A model generated the notes under the pieces. It ran no database searches. It was given only the letters and a program-made list of their open reading frames with translations, and had not been told where the DNA came from. Below are positions 20,970-29,234 of a DNA stretch of 64,000 nt, piece after piece (positions within the stretch are counted from its first letter, which is position 1; each line of letters starts with the position of its first letter). The stretch is from Azonexus sp. (GTDB lineage: Bacteria; Pseudomonadota; Gammaproteobacteria; Burkholderiales; Rhodocyclaceae). The DNA lies in assembly GCA_041904995.1 (NCBI GenBank), contig JAYRMB010000003.1, positions 86,447-150,446 of the forward strand. The letters are read 5' to 3'. Both the position numbers and the translations under genes were made by a program.

Positions 20970-22121
20970 ATGCAAATATCCAATGGAAGAAAAACCCCAT
21001 TTCACGATGAGCACGTAAAGGCCGGAGGTAGATTGATGTCTATCTCCGGGTGGGTCAGGCCGCTCCACTATGGTTCGCCTGCAATGGAGATTTCTGCTAT
21101 TCGGAATGCGCTTGGACTTTTTGATCTCCACCCCATGAGCAGGCATATTATCGAAGGCCCCGACGCTCTTGCATTTATGCAGCTCGTAGTAACAAGCGAT
21201 GTAAAACGAGCGATATCCAATTCCGCGGCCCAGTACACATGCTTTTGCGATGAACGGGGCGGAATCATTGATGACGTGTTGATCTTCCCGAGGTCTGCCG
21301 ATGAGTTCCTGATCACTTCCAGTGTTGCGGCTGCAGAAACGCTGGGGGGGTGGATGAGGCGGTGGGTCCAGGAGAGTGGTTTGAATGTTCAATTGCGTGA
21401 TATCAGTGCATTCGAAACCCAATTTGCATTACAAGGGCCGCGCAGCCTGGAACTCGTTCGCAAAGAGTTTGGGGCGAAGGTCGCTGCCTTAAAGCACATG
21501 CAATTTGTCGAGACAGCGCTCAACGGCACTCCTGTGTTCTTGGCCCGCACTGGGTATACGGGAGAGTGTGGCTTTGAGTTTCTTGCTGATGCTCATCAAG
21601 CAGCAGATCTATGGCAGTACTTGCTTGAATCTGGCGCGGAATTCGGTATCGCACCGTTCGGAATCATGGCCGCTCAAACGCTACGCATTGAAAAAGGATA
21701 CGTACTGAATGGTGTAGATATGAGTAGCCAAAACAATCCCTATGAGATTGGCCTTGATTGGACGGTTTGTACGGACAAGGAGGGTTTTCTGGGGAAAGAT
21801 GAACTGTTACGCGCGAAGGCTCAAGGCGTTAAGCGACGCTTTCGCAGATTCTATATCGAGGGAACGGACATAGTACCCAGCGGCACAGAGATCTATGCTC
21901 AAGAGAGCGAAGTCGGTCGAGTTACTAGTTGCTGTAATAGCCCCACGTTAGGTCGTGTCATTGGAATGGGCTTGGTTGATACGTCGATTAGCGGAGACTG
22001 TCCATACTACGTGCGAAGAGGTAATCAGCGATGGCAGGTGTCTTTCATCGAAAGGGCGTTTTATGACCCAGAGGGCACCAGGCTAAAAGCGATACTGCCC
22101 GAAGAGAGTTTGTTGGGCTGA
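20970..22121 (+). CDS. GcvT-family folate-binding aminomethyltransferase-like protein
   Basis: RKTPFHDEH, GLFD, GGIIDD, FALQGP, RTGYTGECGFE, LRIEKGY, GRVTS; no gcvH or gcvP nearby. Confidence 0.9.
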   Translation: MQISNGRKTPFHDEHVKAGGRLMSISGWVRPLHYGSPAMEISAIRNALGLFDLHPMSRHIIEGPDALAFMQLVVTSDVKRAISNSAAQYTCFCDERGGIIDDVLIFPRSADEFLITSSVAAAETLGGWMRRWVQESGLNVQLRDISAFETQFALQGPRSLELVRKEFGAKVAALKHMQFVETALNGTPVFLARTGYTGECGFEFLADAHQAADLWQYLLESGAEFGIAPFGIMAAQTLRIEKGYVLNGVDMSSQNNPYEIGLDWTVCTDKEGFLGKDELLRAKAQGVKRRFRRFYIEGTDIVPSGTEIYAQESEVGRVTSCCNSPTLGRVIGMGLVDTSISGDCPYYVRRGNQRWQVSFIERAFYDPEGTRLKAILPEESLLG

Positions 22122-22124
22122 ACG

Positions 22125-22862
22125 ATGTGCGGAGACAATTTTTCTTATTCCGTTAGACACAATATCTGCATAACGACAAGGGCGATCTGTCTACTGATGG
22201 CATGCGTACTGCCATTTGAATCTTTCGCAGCGGAGGATGGATTTTCGATCGCGAACAGCATCACCCGTCTTCAGATACGTAATACGGTCGACACAAATGA
22301 CATTACTAGCGTTACCGCTTCATCTTTTTTGCAAGCAAAAAACAAGACGTACTTCTTGGGAATTGTCGACTATCAAGTGGATCATGAGCGGCACAACATC
22401 AATGGCCGCATCGAGGGAAATCTGGGCGGTCCATTTCCCGGCAGTCCTTTGGGTTGGGTTGCGCGTGGCAGAGTGTATTACCAGCAAAACTCGGTTGCTG
22501 CCGCGGGCGTACAGCTGAGCTTCAATGAGTTGCCCGAATTGGGGCCCGTCCTTAAAAAGTTAGGTATTACAACCTTCGTACAATTGCTCCGCAATACCAA
22601 TGATCCTTATTTCGGCGATTCCGAGGTTCTTCACTACTACAGTGTCGATATTGTCCCTAAACAATTAGCGCTCCGCGGATACAACGTGTTCAACAGCGCG
22701 GGGAAAGATAAGGCTGTTCGCAACTCTTGGGCAGACCTAATTTATTCGTTAAATGACAGGTTCGACGTTTACTACCGGATAAACGATGTGAGCCGGAAAA
22801 ATGGATATCTCGGCCCACCTGGAGCAACGCAATATTTAGGGTTTCGGATCAACTGGTATTAG
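22125..22862 (+). CDS. Putative exported/outer-membrane beta-barrel protein
   Basis: Signal-like ...ACVLPFESFA, alternating beta-strand pattern, aromatic C-terminus YLGFRINWY. Confidence 0.55.
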   Translation: MCGDNFSYSVRHNICITTRAICLLMACVLPFESFAAEDGFSIANSITRLQIRNTVDTNDITSVTASSFLQAKNKTYFLGIVDYQVDHERHNINGRIEGNLGGPFPGSPLGWVARGRVYYQQNSVAAAGVQLSFNELPELGPVLKKLGITTFVQLLRNTNDPYFGDSEVLHYYSVDIVPKQLALRGYNVFNSAGKDKAVRNSWADLIYSLNDRFDVYYRINDVSRKNGYLGPPGATQYLGFRINWY

Positions 22863-22953
22863 TGCCGACCCCGCTTACGCCTTGACGCTAAACAGCGCAT
22901 CTCTAAAGGTTGTCCAATTCATTCCTTTTAACTTTTTATACCAGGCAATTCAG

Positions 22954-24462
22954 ATGCTAGAGCTCCTTAATTCAGTGGTCGCACGCATGCCCCAAAGTAC
23001 CGGGGTTCTGCACACCATCTCGCAGGGTCATAGACGTTGCTATACCTATCCAGAGGTATTTGAGGATGTCCTCCGTGTACGCTCATACCTTGATTGTCTC
23101 GGCCTCAAGTCTGGATGTTCTATAGGTGTTCGTGCGGACAACAGCTACGAGTGGATACTTCTTGACCTGGCATGCCTTTCCTTGGGCGTTGTCCTTGTAC
23201 CTTTCGATCCGAAAGTTCAGGAGTCGCCAGAGATTCTTATCGAACACTACGGACTGAGTGCGCTATTCCATGATCGACCAGAAGGGGTTGCGCATCGCAA
23301 TTCCATCCAAATATGCACCGTCCTCGAACACCCTAAATCCCTCGACGAAAGTGACGCACCCTTCTTCCAATTTGAGGCAGACTCAATCGTATGCATGAAG
23401 TTTACGTCGGGGACAACCAGTCTACCAAAAGGAATTCCGGCTAAGGCCAAAAACATTGCTGATTGCGTACATGTCATTCAAGATGCATTTCACCATACAG
23501 CCGACGACTTGATTCTTTCGTTTCTCCCGCTCTATCTCTTGCAGCAACGGTACTTCATCTACTCGTCCATTTTGTTCGATATTCCTCTTGTCGTTGTACC
23601 GTACATTCAGTCGTTTTCGGCCATCTCAAATCTACATCCAACGGTTGTGATGGCGGTCCCCCATTTTTTAGACACGCTATTTCAGCGCTATCATCAGGCG
23701 AACACTGCGATAGGAGGTGGCCCGGACTTAAACTCGCAAGTGTCCGAGGCTATCTTTGGCAAGCGGTTGCGGTATCTGTGGACAGGTTCTGCTCCAATAT
23801 CAATTGACCTTCTCCGTCGGTATGAAGCACTGGGAATACCCGTCTATCAAGGCTACGGGACTGCGGAAACCGGCATTCTCACTAAGAATGTATCCGGAAA
23901 TAATCGCTACGGCAGCGTCGGCCGAGTGTTGCCGGGACGAGAGATTAAGATTAGCCAATCTGGAGAGATTCAGGCGCGTGTCCATGCTGAGCTCAACACG
24001 CACTACTCTGCAGGAAGCATATCCAAGCTCGGACAGCGCTTTCTTGATGCCGATGGATTCTTCCCGACGGGTGATCTTGGCTATTTCGATGATGATGGCT
24101 TTCTGTACATCACCGGAAGACTAAAGAACATTATCGTTTTATCGAGTGGTCGGAAAATCAATCCGGAGCCAATCGAAACAGCGATTGCATCTGGTGTCGA
24201 CATCGAGGCCTGTGTTCTCTTCGCGTCACGCGCGGGGCGGCTGACAGCCATTGTCGATTCGGCTCTCTCCGAGCAACTTGTCGCTAAGCGATTAGCAGAG
24301 GTAAACAGTACGCTTGCGGCGGAAGATCATATTGCAAAATTCTTGGTTGTTAAACACGCGTTTTCAAACGAGAGTGGGCTGAGAAATGCGCAAGGGAAGA
24401 TTGTCCGCGATCGCGTATACCAAAATTTCAGAGTACGACTCCAAGAATTGGGCGTGGAATAG
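22954..24462 (+). CDS. AMP-dependent acyl-CoA/acyl-ACP ligase (ANL superfamily)
   Basis: FTSGTTSLPKG, YQGYGTAETG, TGDLG, GRLKNIIVLSSGRKINP, terminal Lys motif QGKIVR. The ORF could start at TTG 22882. Confidence 0.92.
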   Translation: MLELLNSVVARMPQSTGVLHTISQGHRRCYTYPEVFEDVLRVRSYLDCLGLKSGCSIGVRADNSYEWILLDLACLSLGVVLVPFDPKVQESPEILIEHYGLSALFHDRPEGVAHRNSIQICTVLEHPKSLDESDAPFFQFEADSIVCMKFTSGTTSLPKGIPAKAKNIADCVHVIQDAFHHTADDLILSFLPLYLLQQRYFIYSSILFDIPLVVVPYIQSFSAISNLHPTVVMAVPHFLDTLFQRYHQANTAIGGGPDLNSQVSEAIFGKRLRYLWTGSAPISIDLLRRYEALGIPVYQGYGTAETGILTKNVSGNNRYGSVGRVLPGREIKISQSGEIQARVHAELNTHYSAGSISKLGQRFLDADGFFPTGDLGYFDDDGFLYITGRLKNIIVLSSGRKINPEPIETAIASGVDIEACVLFASRAGRLTAIVDSALSEQLVAKRLAEVNSTLAAEDHIAKFLVVKHAFSNESGLRNAQGKIVRDRVYQNFRVRLQELGVE

Positions 24463-24470
24463 CAAACTTC

Positions 24471-25310
24471 ATGCTGTTGCATTCTATAAATTGGCCACCG
24501 TTTAATTCGACGGATTCCGTTAGCGCAACCCGGCCTCAAATCGAATCTGCATTACCAGGACTCGAAGGTTCTTGGTCGATGTCCGTTCATAGCACGCAAC
24601 CAGACGAGCCCGTCTTAGAACTCACAGTACATTTCGTTGAGTTCGAGAGTCGGCTCTCTGTGCTGGGCAATGGTAAAACGTTAGCCGGCTCGTCGTGCCC
24701 AACGCAAATAGGGTTCAGCGCATCTTGTCGCAAAGCGGAGTTTTCATCGGGACGACAGGCCGCGCGATGTGCCCTAACGCAACTCTCCCCCGCGCTGGCC
24801 AGCGTGTTAGTACCTATTGGTGGTGATCGAGAGCCACTTTGGCCGCAAGGCGTAGTGGGAAGTATCACGCATGTCTCGGGCTTGGCGGGAGCTGCGGTAG
24901 GTCTGTCAAATTCGTGGCGCTACCTGGGAATTGATCTTGAGCAGACTGCAGGTGGCAAAGCACAGTCGGCGTTACGCGCTTTTGTGCTCGACAGTGCGGA
25001 ACTATCGTTGCTGCAACGACGCTGCGAAGCGATTGGGCAACTTAACCTGGATACTCATGTTACTCACGTCTTCAGCGCGAAGGAGTGCTTGTACAAAGCA
25101 GCCTTCCCGAGTGTGCGCCGCTTCTTCGGTTTTTCCGAAGCCAGGTTGTGCGAATACGATTTTCTTTCTGCCGATCGTGGACCTGAGGTTCGGCTTGCGC
25201 TTGAAATTACGGATGGGCTTGGCGGCGAATTTGTCGCGGGTAGCCGCTGGTGGGTTGAGGTTTGGCGAATAAAAACCCCCTATACATATCTGTCTGTGTT
25301 GGCGTGCTAG
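24471..25310 (+). CDS. 4'-phosphopantetheinyl transferase (EntD/Sfp type)
   Basis: RKAEFSSGRQAAR, PLWPQGVVGSITH, LGIDLE, FSAKECLYKA. Start uncertain. Confidence 0.9.
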   Translation: MLLHSINWPPFNSTDSVSATRPQIESALPGLEGSWSMSVHSTQPDEPVLELTVHFVEFESRLSVLGNGKTLAGSSCPTQIGFSASCRKAEFSSGRQAARCALTQLSPALASVLVPIGGDREPLWPQGVVGSITHVSGLAGAAVGLSNSWRYLGIDLEQTAGGKAQSALRAFVLDSAELSLLQRRCEAIGQLNLDTHVTHVFSAKECLYKAAFPSVRRFFGFSEARLCEYDFLSADRGPEVRLALEITDGLGGEFVAGSRWWVEVWRIKTPYTYLSVLAC

Positions 25311-25377
25311 CGGCGGAGATAAAACACTGACGTACGTTATTAGAAGACTAAATTCAAACTCAAAGAGGAGGGCACGC

Positions 25378-25530
25378 ATGAAAGCGTGGACCTGTATGTG
25401 TATGGCGGTATCTATGACGAAGTGGCGGACATAGGGGAGGGTATCGACCCTAGTGCGCAACAGGGAGAGATATAAAACATTGACAGTGTCTGAGTGGCGC
25501 TTTTACCAAACCTGATTTGGAAATGACAGG
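25378..25530 (+). pseudogene. Decayed rubredoxin-like gene
   Basis: Strong RBS GAGGAGG, then MKAWTC / frameshift / GIYDE..EGIDP / stop / KPDLEM; resembles the rubredoxin consensus with lost Cys residues. Confidence 0.5.
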
Positions 25531-25599
25531 CGTTTTGACGTGGCTGTTGCAAAGCGCAAGTTCCCACAGTTTTATCTTCAATTGCTTTAAAGGCTAGCT

Positions 25600-26412
25600 A
25601 TGACTTATATCGTACCTTCAGAATTTGCCAAGAAAATGGTGGATGCAGGCGAATCAAAAATCTGCATGTCCACTCGAGATACGTTGATCCGTGCGTACAT
25701 GGCTGGCGCGGTCTTGGCACTATCTGCCGCATTTGCCATATTTCTTAGCGTGCAAACTCAACAACCGTTAATAGGAGCATTGTTCTTTCCAGTCGGTTTC
25801 TCGATGCTCTATTTAATGGGGTTTGATTTACTGACTGGCGTGTTCGTCCTAGCCCCGTTGGCATTGATTGATAGACGGCCCGGTGCAACGATAAAAGGTG
25901 TCCTTCGAAATTGGAGTTTGGTCTTTTTCGGCAATTTTGTGGGCGCCCTCACCGTAGCAATGATGATGGCAGTCGTGTTTACTTATGGCTTCTCCACGTC
26001 TCCTGGTCCAGTTGGAGAAAGAATTGCCAGTATCGCTGAAGGACGGACCCTAGGGTATGCACAGTACGGTTTGGCGGGCTGGATTACCATCTTCTTTCGC
26101 GGCGTGCTGTGCAATTGGATGGTCTCGATGGGAGTCGTAGGGGCCATGATCTCAACAACTGTGGGCGGCATGGTCATCGCAATGTGGATGCCAATTATGT
26201 TGTTCTTCGCAATGGGATTCGAACACTCAGTGGTCAACATGTTCTTATTCCCTTCGGCGATGATTATGGGTGGCAATTTTACAATTGCTGACTATTTTAT
26301 TTGGAACGAAATTCCGACCGTTCTCGGCAATATGCTCGGCGGCTTGGTGTTTACAGGCATGGCACTTTATAGCACCCATGTGAGAACGGGTGCAAAACGC
26401 AGCGTTACCTAA
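25600..26412 (+). CDS. Formate/nitrite transporter (FNT) family channel
   Basis: LLTG, FFGNFVG, GVLCNWMV, GFEHSVVNMF, LGNMLGG. Confidence 0.93.
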   Translation: MTYIVPSEFAKKMVDAGESKICMSTRDTLIRAYMAGAVLALSAAFAIFLSVQTQQPLIGALFFPVGFSMLYLMGFDLLTGVFVLAPLALIDRRPGATIKGVLRNWSLVFFGNFVGALTVAMMMAVVFTYGFSTSPGPVGERIASIAEGRTLGYAQYGLAGWITIFFRGVLCNWMVSMGVVGAMISTTVGGMVIAMWMPIMLFFAMGFEHSVVNMFLFPSAMIMGGNFTIADYFIWNEIPTVLGNMLGGLVFTGMALYSTHVRTGAKRSVT

Positions 26413-26768
26413 TCTCAAAGCCATCAAGGCATGGAGCATGGCTCATTTTTAGTAACTATTCACGCACGACAGGTTGATCGAAATCGAGGCCAAGCTACTA
26501 CCTATAGTAGCTCGAAAATGAACCAATCCTCGAAATTTGTCGTATTTAGCACGGCGTCATGGTGGCGCTGAATGCATTGTTCTACAAGTGGTTGTTTTTC
26601 ACGGTTTTCGGAAAAGCCCCGCTGAATGGATACCATTTTTATATCTGCCAGCCCGGCTTGTTATCAAAGCGGCCGTATCTTTCTGGCGCTTCGTTGCACA
26701 TCCGAATCTAAGTAATACATCACTTTTCTTCTTCACTGCCGCACATGGCACAACCCCAAGGAACCCAC

Positions 26769-27989
26769 ATGACTAACCGAATTTACTCCGCGCTCTTCGC
26801 CACAGTGGAAATGGCGCCCCGTGATCCAATTCTTGGTCTGACTGAAGCCTTCAACGCCGATATCCGCAGCAACAAGGTCAACCTCGGCGTCGGCATGTTC
26901 TTTGATGACGATGGCCAAATCACGCTACTCTCTGCGGTCAAGGCAGCCGAAAAGGCGCGCCTCGAAGCCATGCCAGCACGCGCCTACCAGCCAATCGACG
27001 GCCTTGTCGCCTATAACCAGGCCGTACAGGAACTGCTATTCGGCGAGGACTCTGAAGTGGTTGCTGATGGCCGCGTGCTGACCATCGAGGCGCTCGGCGG
27101 CACCGGAGCGCTGAAAGTCGGCGCCGATTACCTCAAGCGCCTTTTGCCCGATACAAGAGTATACGTTAGTGATCCGAGTTGGGAGAACCACCGCGCCTTG
27201 TTCGAATCGGCAGGCTTCCCGGTCGAAACCTACCCATACTACGACCCAGCTACGCACGGGGTGAATTTCTCAGGCCTTAAGAGAAAGCTCGGTGAACTGC
27301 CCGCCGGTTCGGTCGTCGTTATGCATGCCTGCTGCCACAACCCGACCGGAGCCGACCTGAATAAAGCTCAGTGGCGTGAACTCGTTGAGATCTGCGGTAC
27401 ACGTCAACTAGTACCATTCATCGACATGGCCTACCAGGGCTTCGCTGACGGCGTCGAGATGGATGCTTTCGCGCCGCGCCTTTTCGCCAGCTCGGGCATG
27501 TCGTTCTTCGTTTCTAGCTCATTTTCGAAGTCGTTTTCACTATATGGCGAACGCGTCGGCGCGTTATCCATCGTCACCGCCACCAATGATGAGCGCTTTC
27601 GCGTCCTGAGCCAAGTGAAGAGCGTCATTCGCACCAACTACTCGAACCCGCCGACTCACGGTGGCGCAGTCGTTGCATCCGTGCTTTCAAACCCCTCTCT
27701 GCGCGGGTTGTGGCTCGACGAGCTGGCAGGCATGCGTGAGCGCATCCGTGCCATGCGTACCAGCCTTGTCGCCAAGCTCAGCGAACGCGGCGTCAATCAG
27801 GACTTTTCTTTTGTCACTAACCAACGCGGTATGTTCTCCTATACCGGTCTCACTGCTGAGCAGGTCGAGCGCCTGAAGAATGAGTACGCCATCTACGCTG
27901 TCAGCACCGGCCGCATTTGCTTGGCTGCATTGAATTCGCGCAACATTGACTACGTCGCAGACTCGATCGCCGCAGTTCTGACAGACTGA
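26769..27989 (+). CDS. tyrB: Aromatic/aspartate aminotransferase (class I PLP)
   Basis: APRDPILGL, KVNLGVG, LGGTGAL, HACCHNPTG, DMAYQGF, SFSKSFSLYGERVG, QRGMFS. Confidence 0.92.
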   Translation: MTNRIYSALFATVEMAPRDPILGLTEAFNADIRSNKVNLGVGMFFDDDGQITLLSAVKAAEKARLEAMPARAYQPIDGLVAYNQAVQELLFGEDSEVVADGRVLTIEALGGTGALKVGADYLKRLLPDTRVYVSDPSWENHRALFESAGFPVETYPYYDPATHGVNFSGLKRKLGELPAGSVVVMHACCHNPTGADLNKAQWRELVEICGTRQLVPFIDMAYQGFADGVEMDAFAPRLFASSGMSFFVSSSFSKSFSLYGERVGALSIVTATNDERFRVLSQVKSVIRTNYSNPPTHGGAVVASVLSNPSLRGLWLDELAGMRERIRAMRTSLVAKLSERGVNQDFSFVTNQRGMFSYTGLTAEQVERLKNEYAIYAVSTGRICLAALNSRNIDYVADSIAAVLTD

Positions 27990-28249
27990 GTATCGGTAAG
28001 GGATACTAGCCGATGGCGCCTTGGGATTGGCGAAAGGGAAGACGCTAGCACTCTTCTTTGCCTCGATTAGCCTTGAATAGCTCGCCTAATCTTTGAGAAA
28101 GTTCTGATGCTGTTCTGGTGTCATCGGCCCATCGGGGGGGGGGCAGTTCCTGATTATCTAGAGTTCCCAAGCTTGGCGTGGTATCTGCCGGAATTTTCAA
28201 GAGTACGGGCTGCCAGCGGTCAATAGAAATCTGTTGGACAACAGGCAAC

Positions 28250-28356
28250 CGCTGGTCGGCTTGTTGCTTTACTGGTCAGTATGAGAACTCTGGGTACTAT
28301 GAAGTGTGATGGGCTATGCTGTTGAAAGTGTCTGGTCTTCTGAGTGGTAATACGCA
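28250..28356 (-). repeat. Right end of the element with subterminal repeats
   Basis: TGG(T/G)(C/T) cores at 28253, 28273, 28291, 28310 and 28333; terminus rc TGCGTATTACCACTCAGAAGACCA resembles left-end unit CGTATTACCATTCTGACCA (4501-4519). Confidence 0.75.
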
Positions 28357-28361
28357 CCGAC
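28357..28361. repeat. Target-site duplication CCGAC (right copy)
   Basis: Matches 4409-4413. Confidence 0.92.
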
Positions 28362-29234
28362 ATGATGCTGGCGGCGCGTGCCGGGCGTGATGTCGATGCC
28401 GGTCGCCTCGAACCCGTCGTCGCCAAGATGCTCGAATCGGTGACGCGTAACCCGGATGCCCTGGTGCCGCTGGCCTGCTTCAAGCAATCGGCCGATTACA
28501 CGCACGAACACGCGGTGGCCACGGCGGCGCTGATCATTGCCTTTGGCCGCCATCGCGGCATGCCCGAGCCGGAAATCGAGAAGCTCGCCATCGGCACCAT
28601 GCTCAAGGACATCGGCGAGGCCGCCATCGACGCCCGCCTGATCGAAAAGCCCGGCATGCTGTCGCAGGCCGAGTATTCCACGGTACAGAGCCACGTCGAG
28701 GCCGGTCTGTCAGTGCTGCAGGCGACCACGCGCCTGCCCGACACCTCGGTTGCCGTCGTGCTTGAACACCATGAGCGCTACAACGGCTGTGGCTACCCTT
28801 ACCGCATGGCCGGCGACGAAATCACCGAAGCCGGCCGCATGGCCGCCATCGTCGATACCTACGACGCGATGACCTCTGACCGCCCCTACCGCGCTGCCTT
28901 GTCGCCCTCGCATGCGTTACGCCAGGTCTTCGAGCAGGGCGGCAGCCAGTTCGACCCCAATCTGGTTTCCGCCTTCGTGCGTACTGTCGGCATCTATCCG
29001 GTCGGTACGCTGGTCCTGCTACAGAGCGGCCACCTTGCCGTGGTCGAGGAACTGCATGCCGACAACCTGCTCAGCCCCATCGTTCGCGTCATCTTTCACG
29101 CCGGGCGCAAGCAGTATGTGACGCCGGTCGACGTCGACCTGTCGCGCAAGGTCGGCAACCACTATGGCCAGATCGTGCGTGCCGAAACCTTCGAGGCCTG
29201 GGGCCTCAGTCCGGAGCGCTGGCTACCAGCCTGA
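28362..29234 (+). pseudogene. 3' half of the interrupted HD-GYP gene
   Basis: MMLAARAG..LEPVV..PDALVPL..DYTHEH..HHERYNGCGYP continues the 4075 frame and aligns with the paralog at 2292. Confidence 0.92.

Larger units (their letters stand above)
4414..28356. mobile_element. 23.9-kb IS21-family unit transposon with cargo
   Basis: TG...CA termini (TGTGTTTTATCC / rc TGCGTATTACCA), 5-bp TSD, repeated end motifs, one istA-istB pair, splits a host gene in frame. Confidence 0.9.

Noticed and set aside
10081-25310. Phosphonate natural-product cluster
   Set aside because: No PEP mutase or phosphonopyruvate decarboxylase; a PhnD-like transporter alone is not sufficient.
26474-26487. FNR-like site TTGATCGAAATCGA
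   Set aside because: One mismatch, about 280 bp from tyrB and no mapped promoter; may be chance.
28134-28143. G10 tract as a phase-variation switch
   Set aside because: It lies only in a short motif-less ORF near the element end and is not in a supported gene or promoter.
4414-28356. Tn7-like or CRISPR-associated transposon (TGT start, 5-bp TSD, end repeats)
   Set aside because: The right end reads TGCGTA rather than TGT, the enzymes are IstA/IstB, and there is no TnsA, TniQ/TnsD, Cas gene or array.
27990-28356. Second IS21 copy making a composite transposon
   Set aside because: No istA or istB coding remnant was seen near the right end, only end repeats.
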